Positions 25,001 to 39,000 of a DNA stretch of 64,000 nucleotides are shown here, piece after piece. This DNA comes from Euglena gracilis (taxonomy: Eukaryota). The notes under the pieces are model-generated. The model was not told the origin of the DNA, did not search any database, and was given only the letters and a program-made list of their open reading frames with translations. The stretch spans positions 30,446,395-30,510,394 of the forward strand of contig CP154954.1 in NCBI GenBank assembly GCA_039621445.1, given 5' to 3'. A program made the position numbers and the translations under genes. Numbering within the stretch: position 1 is the first letter of the stretch; every line of letters starts with the position of its first letter.

Positions 25001-25908
25001 TTGCCTTCGCTGTACGATGCCAACAAAAGGTACCACGAACTCACACACACGATGTTCACAGTCGACACAATCTGTCCCGGGCGCAGGATCCTGCTTGCTT
25101 TCAGCATCTCCCAACTGTGGTTTACGGAATGAAACAATGCCGAAGCTGAAAGATGAAGATGATTTGACACCTCGATTGGGGTTCGTGAACAAACGTTAAC
25201 TGATGGTTCATCTGTCCAGAATGGTGCCGTCCCAAGTTTTGATAACAGCTTGATGCGGATACCCAAAACAATAACTGTCGCTCCGCCGGAAATGTCTCGT
25301 CCACGCAACGGTTGGAAACCCATCCAGAGGCATTTGGATCCGGCAGGGGGTGTGGGGTTTGCCATGGGTGCACCGCGGGGACTTGGGTCCGCGTTCCAGA
25401 GGTTTGAGGGGCGGGTGGCTGGGAGGGGGTTGCTGCCGCCCACTCCGGCCGCCCCTTCCCCCTTCAGGCACCCACCGAGGCACTCCGCGCCTGGTGGGGC
25501 TGCCGCGACGCCGGGCACATGGTTTCCTGCTGCCCCGGCCCCGGCGGAGGAGGGGTCCTCGCCCCTCCGTCTCCCCGCCCACCGCTCGCCCCCGCATCCC
25601 ATGTAGGGTTCGATATAAGACCCCCATCACCCCCCGGGTATCATTTTTCGCCTGAAGTCCCGGCCCGAGGGGGGGTACTATTTAGGGGGTATTTTTTTTT
25701 TCTTCAAATTTTCGAATTTTTTCGAAGATTCATAAAGGCTCAAAATAGCACCCAAAACCACCCTTTTTAGGGCAATTTTGCAGTTTTCACAATATTGTCC
25801 TTTTTGGAGGCCAGATGGTCACAAAAATATTTTTGTTTGTTATTTATTGCGTTAATCCTGTTTTTCAACCACATTTTTTCGGGCGAAAATCACGGTCAGC
25901 GGCCCAAC

Positions 25909-26218
25909 CAGGCTTGTGCTTAGTCGGGTGCCTACCCCACGGGGCGGGGGGTGCTAGGGGCAGGCACCCCATGGCACCCGATCCGACCCCCCCCCCCCGG
26001 GGGGGGGTAGGGTTTTGGGGGGTGCCTGCCCCTAGCAGGCACCCCCCTCCGACCCCGGCACCGAAGGCGCCGGGGGCCCGGAAAAGGCCATTTCCAATGA
26101 AAATTTTCTGGGTCCCCCCGGACCCCTATCCCCCCGGGGGGTGTGTGCCTGCAAGGGGCAGACACCCTATAGCACCCACCCACCCCCTCCCCCCCCCCGG
26201 TTGGTAAGCACAAGCATG
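25909..26218. mobile_element. hAT-like MITE
   Basis: TIR CAGGCTTGTGCTTA / TAAGCACAAGCATG; perfect TSD GGCCCAAC. Confidence 0.88.
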
Positions 26219-27321
26219 GGCCCAACACTCAGGGGTGTATTATTTTTTTCGATTCAAGGGAGGGGGGCTGTTATTTGGCACATGCATTATTATTTGGGTG
26301 GTATTATTTGGTTGAGGGTTCAGATAACCCCTCCCCGTGGTCACGAACCCCCTGTCCTTACCCGCCCCCCCCCCCCCCCGGGCAATTGACGCCCCCGGGC
26401 AATTGTCACCCCTGGCTGTGCCGCCAATTTGTCACCCCGGGAAATTGTCCCCCCCTTCCGTGCTGCCCAATTTGTCCCCCCCCCCCCCCACAGAAGATGT
26501 TTGTGAACTTTTTTTCGCCGGCACGACTCGATTGATCCTCTATTTTGCTACAACGTGCTGAGAAATGTCACATTCCAAATGCTCTGCACAATATCACAAC
26601 CATCGCTGCATTTTTTTCTTGTTCACTGGTTTCAGATGGTGTTCTTGGTCATTTGGATTTAATGTGGCCAAATTTAGGTTTTTTAAGGTTTAATTAAGCC
26701 GCCGTTGTTTGGGGCCTTCAGGCGCAAAGAAGTGCCCTTTCCCCTTCGCCGTGGCCTGGTTCTGTCCCCGAGTGCGGGCCTCACGGAGGCATGGGGGCCG
26801 GGGGCCATTAGAGGTGGCGAAAAACAATTCCGTGGGGGTCAGGGCATGGATTGAAATCGTGGGCGATGAAAACTCAATCCTGAGGTTTTTTAAGGTCAAC
26901 CTTAGGTTTTTAAGGAAAGGCAAACTAAAAAATAACTCACGGTAAACTTAAGGTTCAGGGCCCGCTCCTCCCTCCCCGATATCTGTCCCGCGCCTCGATC
27001 CATTTCTGCACACGGGTGGTCCATCGAAAGTGGTCCCAATGACACTCAAAAATCAACTCAGAGGACCGGCCGTCATTTAATCAACCGCCGTCATTAATGA
27101 GGGCACATCAAAAAACTTTGAGTTGATCAACGCCATCCTGGGGTTAATCCACACCGTAGACCGATTTGACCAATACCAGGAGTCATGCGGGTTTCCCGAG
27201 AGACATTCCACATCAGTACCAGCATCACCCGCAGTTGGCCGTTTGGCCTCGCTGGAGGTTCAGTTGGTTGGGGGAAAAAAAATTGCCCTGGAATTGGCCT
27301 GACCTGAAGCAGTTTAAAATT

Positions 27322-28870
27322 TAAGGCATTTTGTCAAAATTTTATGGTTTTTGGAGGGTGGTTCAAAAGGTTTTTTTCTTAAAGATTTTTAAAAGCCTCG
27401 AAAATAATCCCCCAAGCGCAGCTCTTTGGATTCACTGGCATCCTTGAGGGGCCGAACTATGCACACACACAATGCACTGCAATCTACAACGCTTAGAGGA
27501 CCCCCTCGTTACATGCCCTCTTGGTCCCCCTAAGTTAGGCCCTTGGCCCCCTGCCCTTGGGGCATCATGACAGGCCAAAGCGCCCTGTGGTACCCCCGTC
27601 ATTGTGGTTCTTGGCATTTGGCTCCCGATGAGCATTTTGCCGGTGTCCTGAGGCCCATCGGACCTGTTGACTGCCCAAACCCTGGCCTCCTTTCTGCGAT
27701 TGCAGGCCAGCAACCAGCGGCCGAGGCGCATTTCTTTCTGCGCTGTACGATATCAACAAAATCCGAACTCACACAACACGATGTTCAGTCGACAGTGTCC
27801 CGGGCGCAGGATCCTGCTTGCTTTCAGTGGCATCCTGCAACTGTTCTCCTCAACTGTGAAAGATGGATTTTACCCTCGATTGGGGTTCTAAGATGAATGC
27901 TTGACCTGGTGAGGGCGTTCGTGACACGCTGAACTGCTTAGGGATACCCAAAACTTGATGGCACTTCCGTGCGGCCCCCGCATGTCTCGTCCGGGCTGTC
28001 CTGTCCTGCAACGTTTCCCATCCAGAGTCCGGCAGGGGTGTGGCATGGGTGTTGCCACCGTGACTGGGTTTTGGGTCGGGGTTCCGGGTTTGCTGGTGAG
28101 GGGGTTGGCTGCCGCCCACTCCCCGCCCCTTCCCCTTCAGGCACCCCAGGGTGCACCCGCGAGCCTGGTGGGGGCTGCCGCGACGCCCTTCCCCACCTCC
28201 CCCTGCCCGGCCCCCGGACAGTCGCTCCGTCGCGCCCATGAGGTCGCTGACCCCGCCGGCCCCCACTCAGATAATAAGACCCCCCAGGGCATAGGGTCCG
28301 GCCCCGGGTATCATTTTTCGCCTGAAGTCCGGCCCGAGGGGGGTGGTTTGGGGGGTATTTTTGCAAGTCGCGAACAATACACCGCCCCCATAAAGGCCAA
28401 CATAGCACCCAAAGCCACCCTTTGGGAAAATGCAGTTTTCACAAACGTCTTTTTGGAGGGGCCGGGGGGGTGATCTGTTGTCACATTTATTGCCCCATTC
28501 TGTCTCGACCCCCCCACGGGGGGCTAGGTTCGGGGGGGGGGGTAGCTCAGGGCCCCCCCCCCGGGCAAGGGGCCGGTCCTGGTCCTGCCTAGTCAGGCAA
28601 TCCAATGGTTTCGCGCCCCCGCCGGCCCCTATCCCCCCAGTCTGCCCGGCAGACACAATCCCCCCACGGCCCCTATCCCCGCTGGCGGGCAGACACCCTA
28701 TATGCACCCACCCACCCCCTCCCCCCTCGGTTGGGCCCAAGGCATGGGCCCAAAACTCCCGTGTATTATTTTTTTTTGTTCAAGGGCAATTGTCACCCCC
28801 CTCTGTGCCCTCTGTGTCACCCTGGGAATTTGTCACCACCCGCTCCGTGCTGCCAAATTGTCGCGCAACA
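27322..28870 (+). repeat. Indel-rich direct duplicate of ~24584-26480
   Basis: Colinear similarity from TAAGGCATTTTGTCAAAATTT to CCGTGCTGCC, with dense small indels. Confidence 0.8.
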
Positions 28871-30978
28871 ATTACCCGGGGGGGGGGGTGGTATGTCAAA
28901 CCCTGGTCCCATGCCTGGCGTGAGGCACTGCACCCCCTGGCGCTGGAGGCCCCCTGGTCGCCTTCTGACCCGGCACTGCTCTTCCGCTGGTTCAATGGCT
29001 GCTCAGCGGCGGCCATCCTGACTTGTGGGCCCCCCCGAGACTCGGCGCGGGGTTTGGCGGGGGTGCTTGGCCCCCAGGTCTTGCCTGCAACTGCGGAGGA
29101 GGGCGCCGCTCCCCCAAGCGCCAAACCCCGGCCCAGTTTCGGGGCTTCCATCCCCCTTCCCATCTATTCTGTTCCCTTCCCTTCCGTCTCCTTCTCACGT
29201 TGTCTCTCTCTGGTCCCTCCCAGACCTTTGCTTAAGGATTTGCACAGTGGTCACCCCCCTCTCCCCGGGAGGGACAGCTGGTCCAAAGTCGGCCAGTCCA
29301 TTTTGCAGCACCCCTGGGGGGGGGGGGGGGCAAACTATTCCAGGTGGGGGAATTTTTTTCCAGTGACCGATGCGAAGCGCCGGATGTTTTTTAAATCCCC
29401 AAAACGTGCCGGAAACCCTCATTTTGACGTTTTAGGGACAAAATCAGCAGAACACACCCGGTCAAATGCAAAGCGCCATGGAAAATACATTTTTTTTTCT
29501 GGCAAGGACCCCCAGACCTCCTCGGGGGGGGAGGGGGCGGGGTCTCATTACTGAGCTTTCCCCAGTCGGTCAGTCTGTGACAGTCTCCCGCCCGTCGACC
29601 GGCCGGGGTCCTTCAGCCAATGCCTGGCCCCTCCCCTCCACCCGACCCGCCCCCTGGGGCGCCGTCCCAGGGCCCCCACCCCGGGCGGCCGAGGGGGGCC
29701 AGCGGGGGGCCGGCATCCCGCCCAGATTTTCATTTTGTGCGCTGCAGAATTTTTGTGACCGCGTGCGCCGCGGAATTTTTTTTTCTGTGCGCCGCCGCAA
29801 ACTTCGTCGCGGTGTACTAATTGAAAGTCTGGTCCCGCCGCCGCCCTGCTGGCCCCCCCCCCTGTCCCGCCCACGCGGTGCGCCTCGCCCTACCTCAAAC
29901 GCTTTGGCATTCCGGTGGCCTATGGCCTCCAGCACAAGTCCGGGCTGGGGCAGCTGCTGCAGGTCGCGTTTGCGGGTGCGTTGCGTCTGGGGCCCGCTGT
30001 CACCTCCGGGGAGGTCGTGGGAGGCCTCTGCTTCTGCTCACTGGCCTCCAGAGCGTGAGCATTGGGGGGTTGGCTCAGTTGTCCATTTTCCTGCACAGTA
30101 TTGAAGCCCAGATAAAAAGAAAAGTTGATTTGATTTATCTGGGTGAGCTTTCTGCCCCATATGGTTCAAAGCGCCCACATTCAGGTTAGTAGGTGTCGGG
30201 TGCTGTGGTGGAGGGGGTGGGTATGGTGGTGTTCAGAGTTTGAAGAGATGTGGGGGATTGGGGGATTTGTGAACAGTTTTTTTGTTGTGCTTTTTTTTGG
30301 TTTTTTTTTACAGTGAGGGGGAACGTCCAAGAGTGTTCACCACCCGAGACACAGGAAAGGAAATTTGGGGAAATTTGGTCCCCAACACAGAAGGGAGTTG
30401 TGGTTTAGGGGAAGGATCCGGGGCTTCCCTACCCCAATGAGGCCGAAGATCAATTCAGCATTTGGACCAGGCTTATACTGTGCTTGACACATTTTCCAAA
30501 AGCTTGAGTGCCAAACGCCAGAGGGGCATTCAAGCTTTCGGAAAATGTGTCGCAACCTCCTCCTTGCATGCAGACTTTTACCCTGAAGTTGTCCCCCATT
30601 CCTGCACCCCCCTCTTGCACAACAAGAGTACCGCCCCCATCCCTCGCAGCAGAAGTGTGGGCAGCAACCTGCCCTCCTGGGGGGGGCTTGGGACATGATC
30701 TGATGTGCGGCCGGGAGACCAAATTCATACATTGCAAACGTTGGCCAAAAAACCTGACCTGTCTTTGGCCCCTGCTCTCGGGTAGGACACGCCCTGAAGG
30801 GGGCAGGGGCGTTGAATGATCCATCCCCCGGTGGGACCCCCCCAATCCCTGCAGCGCCCCACTGCGGCTGCCAAGGCTGCCAGGGTTTCGCCGCCCCGGG
30901 CAACGGTGTGCACCGCTCCGCTGCAGCGCTCCGGGGTTCCTGGGGCCTCTCGCCGGGGCGGGCCCGTCCTGTACATAC

Positions 30979-31074
30979 CAGGCTTCTTTTTAAGTCAGAA
31001 GACCCCCCCCCCGGGGGAGGGGAGGTGGGGGGGTCCGGGCCGGACCCCCCCCGGGGGTCTTAAAAAGAATCCTG
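30979..31074. mobile_element. 96-bp hAT-like MITE
   Basis: TIR CAGGCTTCTTTTTAAG; TSD GTACATAC/GTACCTAC (7/8). Short relative of 59135-59419. Confidence 0.8.
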
Positions 31075-32917
31075 GTACCTACCACCCATGGCCCCCCTCC
31101 CTTCCTGCTACCGCAGTTGCTCTTCTGTGCTCCCTCGTCCCATTCACCGCCGGACCGCATTTTCCTGGCCACCCCGTTCACCGAGGACCGCATCTCTGGC
31201 CACACATATGGTTTTTTGACTCCGCCCTGTCGTGTCCCAGAGACGACTTTGCGGCCACACGGGAAGGTGTGTGCTTCGCTCATCGTGTGGTTGCAATATG
31301 CAAAGCAACATTTGAAAACCGGGAGCAGTTTTCTAAGAAAGGTGGCAACGCAAAATCACAATGGAGACACGTCAGGGATTTCGGAGCATGCCCAGAAGGC
31401 TCCTGATATTCCTGAACAGAAGAAGTTGGGGTTGCACATATTTGGGTGTATCCACTGGGGCGAGTCAATTTCAAAGCGTTGCCCCCCCCCCCCCAACGGA
31501 GCGAGCGTCCACGTCAAGAGCCTTGCTGTTTGGTTTCACAGGTTTCGCCGGGCCTCTGCAGAGGCTCCACCGCCGTTTGCTAATTGCCGTCGATGGTCTG
31601 AAAATTTGGAACCTTCATGTTCATTGTGTGTGTTCATTGTTCGGTTCGTGTTCATGCATTCCGGCTGTTTAAAGAGGATATTTAGGGGATCCGAAAGAGT
31701 TGCCTAATTAGATTTCAAAACATGGCGTGGCACCGAAGGTAAAAAGAAAGCAAGCCCCCCCCCCCCCGGAGTCCAGGAGTCCAATTTTGCAGGGAAATCA
31801 CAAAATGCGCAAAGAGAAGGCAGAGACCCCACAACGAATGAAGAGACCCATTGCAAAATTCTATGAAGGGAGAAACACTTCGGCATAAACAAGGGCAACA
31901 GAGGTCGGATTTCCCCCATTTCCGCCGAGCCAAAAACTGTTCGCACCTTCTGGAAAGGTACCTCTCTTATCCTCCATCATTTTCACTTTTCTCATTTCCT
32001 TTGGTTCCATTGTTTTGGTCGAATGGTTTTTTTCCTTCCATTTAAACATACTCTGTTTTTCTATCCATCGAAGTGAAACACGGTGAGTGCTCTTGGTTGG
32101 GGGGGGTGAACGGTTCAAATTTCGAGACCAGGGCGAGTTCTAAGACGCCCCCCCCCCCCCCCCCCCCAACTGCCATTTCTTTGTGAAACTGGTGCCCATT
32201 CTGTTGCTTGGTTCTCTGGGAGGGGAGCCCCCAGCGCAGTTTACAGATGTGAACTATTTCAGAATAGCAAGTTTTTTTCAACGTCGAATGGGAAGCACGT
32301 GAATGGAAAACACATTTTTTATGATCATCAAGTGGCGGCCTATAACAACAACCTTGCCCCCCCCCCCCAGGCCCGAGTAGTTGAATTGGGGGGGGGGCGT
32401 ATGGCGGGACCGGGTTCCACTTTCCAGATTTTTCGGCCTGGTTTGCGAAAAAAAATCATTTTTGAATACACAGAACACCGGAGCCAAGAAAAGCGATTTC
32501 CCCCGTTCGATTTTGGAGGGAACAAAACAGTGGGAGTTTTCTCAGGGACCCCAAACGCTCAAAGGTGCCATTGTGCAGCTTTTCCCGTGACTTTCCGTCC
32601 TTTTGTGGCAGACACTTTTGGGCTGGCTGGGGGGCTCCACCGCCAGGCTGGTCACTGACGCCCGGGGAAACGGTGCTGTAGGGGGGGGGGGCAGAGTCCA
32701 GCCCCAAACCCCGCCCTCTCACCAGTTGCCGTTGCGACCAAAATGAAATGATGTGCACGGTTTCCCGTCAACTTGAGTTTGCCCCGGTTCGGGGAACAGA
32801 ATCCACTCGGGGGACAGAAACCATGTCACTGCTGGTGGGAGTACCTCAACCCACCGATTTCTCCGGGCGACTCCGCGGGCGGGTCCGCCCAGCCGCTGTC
32901 CTCCCCCTCCCCCTGCC

Positions 32918-35900
32918 ATGCAGTGGCGGCTTCCGCGGCTTGCGACCGCTGTTGGGCGACAGCTGCGGTCCCTCACCTCCGCGATGAAGGCAGTCCAGGT
33001 CTGCCCCCCCCCACCGCCCGCCCCAGCCCGCCTATGCGCCTGTGCGGTGTGGTGGCGGAATCTGCACGCCTTGCATCCTGTCCTGTTGCATGTGTCCCTT
33101 TGTTTGGGGGGGGGGGTTCTTCATTCGGCCCTTCGGTATCCTTAGTTGGCATCTCCTGCAGAGATGGGGTTCAGCCAGCACCCTTTTGGCAGCCAGCTCA
33201 AACTTTCCCTTCTTCCACTCGGCCTGCCCTCCCCCCCCCCGATGATTTCAGATGCCCTGGCTATGAATGAATCTCCCCAGGCGTTGTTCCTGGTTTTTTT
33301 TGCCCACAAACACTTTCAATTTCGATTCTGAACACACATTTCGAATTTAGAAGCGCAACAATTTGTATCTTCTGGCATCCGGTTCGATTCATGGGGGTGC
33401 CGGAGGGTCAGCCAGCAGCTTGTTTTCAGCCAGCCAAAATTTCCCGCCTTTGAGCTGGGTGCTTGAAGCGCGAGGAGCGGTACAGCAGGAACCATCCAGG
33501 TGGGTGGGGTTGGGGGCTATTGAGGGCAAGCCCAGGGACTGACACGTAATCTGAATGAACAGGCAGTGCATTATGTAGGCATGTCCCTTGCGCTTTGGCG
33601 CAATGTATTTCCTCACCAAGCCTACACTCTGGCCGTGCAGAGAGGGGCCCCCGACACACCGTAACACATCAGAGGGATTCCCATAAGCTCAGGGGGCTTC
33701 CGATAACCATTGAGCTTAAGTGCAATCGTTTGACATTGCGCTTAAGTGCAAGATAAAACTATTGCGCTTAAGCACAACGTCTTTTCAAATAGAAATTGTA
33801 TTTCAATGTGTTCGTGCTGTGTGAGAACGTGGGGGATTGAGGAGAATGATGGGAATACAGATGTGTCAGCATGCCTTCCCTTCTCCGCCGTTGTTAATGG
33901 ACCCTTTCGATGTGTCAATTCCATTCGCTCATCCCCAAAGTTTTTTGCTTCAAATACTGGGTGAGAAAAGGGGGGTGACGAGCTTCTTTAAAACACGTTT
34001 TTCGATGCCTAAAACGGTTTCCTCGACTGTGATTCCAAGGGTTCATCTGGTCCTGTTCTCTTTAAAAAAAGAAAATTTCCGACTTTCAAAAGTTGGCCAA
34101 AAGAAGGGCCCCTCAGGCATGCTTAACTGCGAAGCAAGTGGGAGGAACCTCCGGCACTGGCAGTTGGGCTCACAATGCCTAGGACAAGAGACGTCTGGAT
34201 ATGAAGAAGTTGGTGGTTGTTTTCACACACCAGGGGTTGCTTCCTGTCCCAGGCAAGGTTTCCCTTCACCTTTGCTCTGTCCGCTCTGGTAATGAGATGC
34301 TTCCAGGACTCTCCACCCCGCAGTGATAGAAATGAGGAATTAAAAATTGGCAACTGTTGCGCCGAAGCGCAATGGGCAGGCTTATTAACAGCTTGAAAAT
34401 TATCTTACAACGGAGGGAGAGAACGGCTTTGGTAGAGGATGAACACCAGAGGGGATAGAACACAAAAATGTAGAGCAGGGGGACGAAAGCCTACCCTCGG
34501 TCACGTTGTCTTAAAATGGTCAACATTGCGCTTCGGCGCAACACCCACGCTGCTTTTACAGTTTTAAAATTGTATTTCTATTGCGCTTTGACGCAATGTA
34601 ACTCTTAAAATTCCATTCTACATAAGCGATATGATAATTATCTTATAATGATAATTAATAAGATTAATTTTCAAGCAGTATATTGCGCTTTGGCGCAACA
34701 CCCCGCTAACATAAAATTATAAAAATTGTGGTTTCTCTTGCGCTTTGGCGCAATGTAACTCTTAAATTTCCATTCTTCATAAGCCTGCCCATTGCGCTGT
34801 GACGCAATGGAAACAAATGTTGACACATATGTTACATCATTGCGCAAGTACGGCAATGGTCACCCACATGTTGAATTACAAAAAAGGTAAAAAGTTTACG
34901 CTCAAGCACAATGTGTTTTATTTTTTGTAATGAAAAAAAATCGTTGCGCCAAGGTGCAACTGTGCAATGGAGTCCCCTCGTTTCATCACCCGGCGCTTTG
35001 TATTCATGCACACTGGGCCCGGGAGCGCTGTGCCTTCAGACCATAGAGTTCCAAGTCGTTGGTTTCGTCCCCAGGCCCTTGGAGACACTAATGCGGGCTG
35101 TCTCGAGTCTCAGGCCCCGGTGTTCGAAAACAGAAAAATTCTTTGGCATTGCGCGTTGGCGCAAATTTACAGACATTTTCAAAGCTTAGTGCAAGTTAGG
35201 CCGCCTAAGCCCCGGAGGGAGGTCGTTAAGTGGAGCCGTGGGCAGGTGGTTTCCAACCTGAAAAGAAGTGGGTGGTGGGGGTTCTTGTCCCCAGCCCCCC
35301 CCCCCCCCGGAGGACACTGAGTGAACCCGTGTGGCACTGCCCCCCGCACAGGAACGTGTCTGGGGCTGGCCCAGCGTTGCCCGCCCCTCCGCAGATCCGA
35401 TCGCCCTCGGAGGGGCAGCCCCGGCCCGCCGACCTCTTCGTCCAGGACGGCATCCCAGTCCCTGCTGTGGACCCGGATGGCGTGCTCATCCGCGTGCACG
35501 CCACCGCCGTCAACCGCGCCGACACAGTCAGAGGCCCCCTCAGATCGCAGTTCTTTTGGAATGTGGAATGGAGGGATGGGTGGCCAGGGCGGCTCATATT
35601 CACCGCGCCGACGATGAGCGACCGTGAGCGATGATGAGCGACCAGGGCTGACCATGACCTCAAAGGTGGGAGATGCCCGGGATATTTTAAACCCAGAACA
35701 CCCCCAGGGGGTTCTCGGCCAAGCCCCCCCCCCCCCTGCGGGATTGGGTTGCGCCAAAAAAATTCTGGCTCAACCCATTGAGCCGGAAATTTTTGAAAAT
35801 GGTCGAAAAATGGTCGGAGAATGAAGCATTGAGGGGTTTGTTCTCTGGCCACCTGAAAAATATTGGCAAAATTCTGTAAATCAAAATGATGAAAACTGGA

Positions 35901-36002
35901 GTTTTGAAGTTTTTTTTGTCAGATGGGCCTGTTTTGTGACCCCCTCCCTGGGGGGAGGGGGTCACAAAAAAAAAAGAAGCCTGGTTCGCTTGGTGTATTC
36001 AA

Positions 36003-36037
<35 letters not shown>

Positions 36038-39000
36038 ACAAGCACATGCGACAGCTCCAAAAACAAGGGGCCACGCAAGTGCACAAAATCGACCACTTGT
36101 CATGGCTAAACAGACGGCTCAATTGCTTCTTTAGGGTAACACAATTTTTTAAACAGGTGCCATTGCTGGAGAAAGTTTGACCTCTGGGATTTGACAAAAC
36201 CTGGCAGTTGGGCATTGACGAACCTCAGCTTTTCAGAGTGAATTTGAAGCTACCCCAGGGAAAAACAGAAAGATGTTTCTGTCGAAGAAGATTCTGCAAG
36301 AATCATTGTTGCGTCGTATTTTGCTTCAATAAATTGTGGTGATTCTGGTGATGTTGTATCATGGGATAATGGAGGAGGGGCACAAGAATTGGCAGCTGAT
36401 GGGGTTAAACAGGTTTTGAATAGTGCTGAGTTTTACCTTGCGAGGTTTTCCACTGTAAAACCGAAAACGTGGCTCGGACACAGGGGCGGAGTATGGGAAA
36501 TTTTTTTCGGTACATTTTGGTGCTCATTTTCGGCTCAAAAACAGTTTTTCCGGGTCCGGGAGGCCAAAGAACATCGTTTCAAAAAATTTTCCCGGCTTTT
36601 TTCGAATTTTTCACCCTTTTGGGGGGACCTCGTGCATGGGTCCCAAAATGGGTCAAAAAAGCACCCGGCGCCGAAGGCGCCGGGAAAAAAATTTGGGTCC
36701 AAAAATTGGTGCCACCAGAACAACGGGAAGAGGTGGTGGGGGGGGGTCGACCCCCCCACCCACCACCCTGGCCGCGAGGCCGTTTCCCGTTCTGCCCTGG
36801 CCAGGGTCCTAGGGGTCCTGGGGTGGTGGACCCAAAACCCATGGGTTTCGGGACAAAAACAGGGGGCCAGGGGGTCGAAAAACACTCATTTTGGGCTCAA
36901 AAACAGTTTTTCCGGGAGGCCAAAAACATCGTTTCGGGCAATTTTTTTTCGATTTTTTTCACGTTTTTTTGACCCAAAATGGCCGAAAATGGCCAATTCA
37001 AAACAGGCCAAAATGGCCAAAAAATGGGCTGTCCAAAATGGCAGTACAAAATGGCCAAGTAAATGGCTGTACAAAATGGCCAAAATTGGCCAAAAAATGG
37101 CCGTAACTCGGGAGGGCGGGGACCCCAAAAACAGCCCAAAATGGCTCCAGAAATGGGCTAAAATTGGCCGAAAAATGGTCATAACTCAGGCTCACGAAGA
37201 GTTGGGGGAAAGCAAACCATGGTTGGACAGGGCATTCCAAGGTCTTCATTTTTGCTCTCCGGACTTTTCCTTTGATTTTGTTTCATAGTCGAGATCTTTT
37301 TGAAAAACAGATTTTTTGGCCAAAAAAGCGGGCCAAAAAAAAACACCCCAAAACGGCCGTTTTGGACCACAGCACCGCGCCAGAACACGGGCCAGGCGTG
37401 TCGGCGGCCAAAATGGCCAACGGGGGGTGATAGAGGGCCTCCAGGGGTACATTTTGTCAGCGGGACATTTCTGGAGATAATGTACGTTTTCTCGAGATAT
37501 TTTCGAAAAAACGATTTTTTGCCCCATTTTTGACCCCGGCGAAATGGCAGAGTCGGAAGAGGGGGGTCAGTACACAGTTTGGACCCCTTTCGCGCGTGAA
37601 TAACTCGGGCCTGGCGGGGAGTTGGGGATCAAACGGTGGTGATTCGGAAACTAGAGATCCAGTCGCTTGAGACTGAAAAAAAATTCCGGGAACGGAGCCG
37701 GGATCATGGTGATAATCCACCGGTTCTCGAGGTGGCCCCGACCCGGGGCGGGGGGGCGGGGGGGGGGCGACCCCCCCTTTTCCCCAGGGGTAAGCTTCGC
37801 TCTTACCCATAAAGGGATAACAGCTCAGCGACCCCGTCATAAACCCCCCTGTGGTCCTCCCCAAGGGGTATTTGTATGTAAAGTGTATTTTTGTTGAAGC
37901 AGAACATCATTTACGCAACGTTTTATTTGGCTAACATTTGCTGTCTTTCATAATTTGACTCACATGCTGTAAATGGGTACCCCCCCCCAATAGAAGCACG
38001 GGGTCGCTACAAGCGCAGGGCCCAAATAAAAGCGCACCCCCCGCCGCCGAAGGCACGAGTGCACCCCCCATTTTGATGGGATTTCTAAAGGAAATCAACA
38101 AAAATCGCGTGGGTAGGGTCCAAATAGAAGCGCACCCCCCGCCGCCAGAGGCGGCGGCTGCTATAAGCGCGCCCGCGCTTCTATTAGGGGGGGGGTTATG
38201 CCCGGGACTCTGAAACACATCGCAAAGTCTCAAAGATTTCGGGGATGCAAGAATTACGGCACCATAGCAGGCGACGGTGCATGAAACATTCCAGAAGGAA
38301 TCTGCAAATGTGCCTCCCAAAACAAAATGGCAAGAGCATTTTTTGTTCGCTTCCACGGTATCCTTCCTTTTGCCACCTGGCTCGCCGATGTGATGTCCTT
38401 CTGGGGATCCGTCTGTGTCGGTTTGGTGTTTGACCCAGACGGGGGGTTTCTTTTTTGTTCACAGGGGGGGGGGGGGGGCGGATTCACTCTGCCAACCCGG
38501 GGACGCTGAGGGCAATGCAGCGGCGGGGCTTGTACCCGCCGCCTCCCGGGGCGTCCGACATCCTCGGTGTGCCTGCTGTCCATCGCCCCACCCATCAAAA
38601 CGCAGTCGACCGAAGGCACTGGTGCATTTGACCACTGGCGAGGGGGTCTACATATGCACGCGTGTGCACGTGTGTGTAAAGTATGCACATATATGTATAC
38701 TTATACAAATGCATGTTTTTGTGCACACCTTTTCTTTTAAGTTTCTCTCCGGACTGTCTCGCTTGCAATGGGCCGCTTAGTAAATAAAAACCGTCTTGTG
38801 CGCTCCGTAAAATTTCGATTTCCTCCATTCGGGGGGTGGTTGGGCGGAATGTTTTCCATCTGCAGTCATCTTCACGACGCATTTTTGACCACGTGGCCAT
38901 TGGCGGTCCTGCCCCCCCCCCCTCCACAGGGCTGGAGGCTGCCGGCATCGTGGAGAAAACCGGGGCCAACGTCACCCAGTTCCGCCCGGGGGACCGGGTC

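Noticed and set aside
27322-28870. Genuine tandem duplication or hypermutation
   Set aside because: The dense random indels are typical of an unpolished read. It is treated as a probable artifact pending coverage data.
28430-29554. 374-aa and other long Pro/Gly-rich ORFs (also 16414-17376, 36389-37288)
   Set aside because: GC-rich MITE/intron DNA that lacks stop codons by composition; no motifs recognised.
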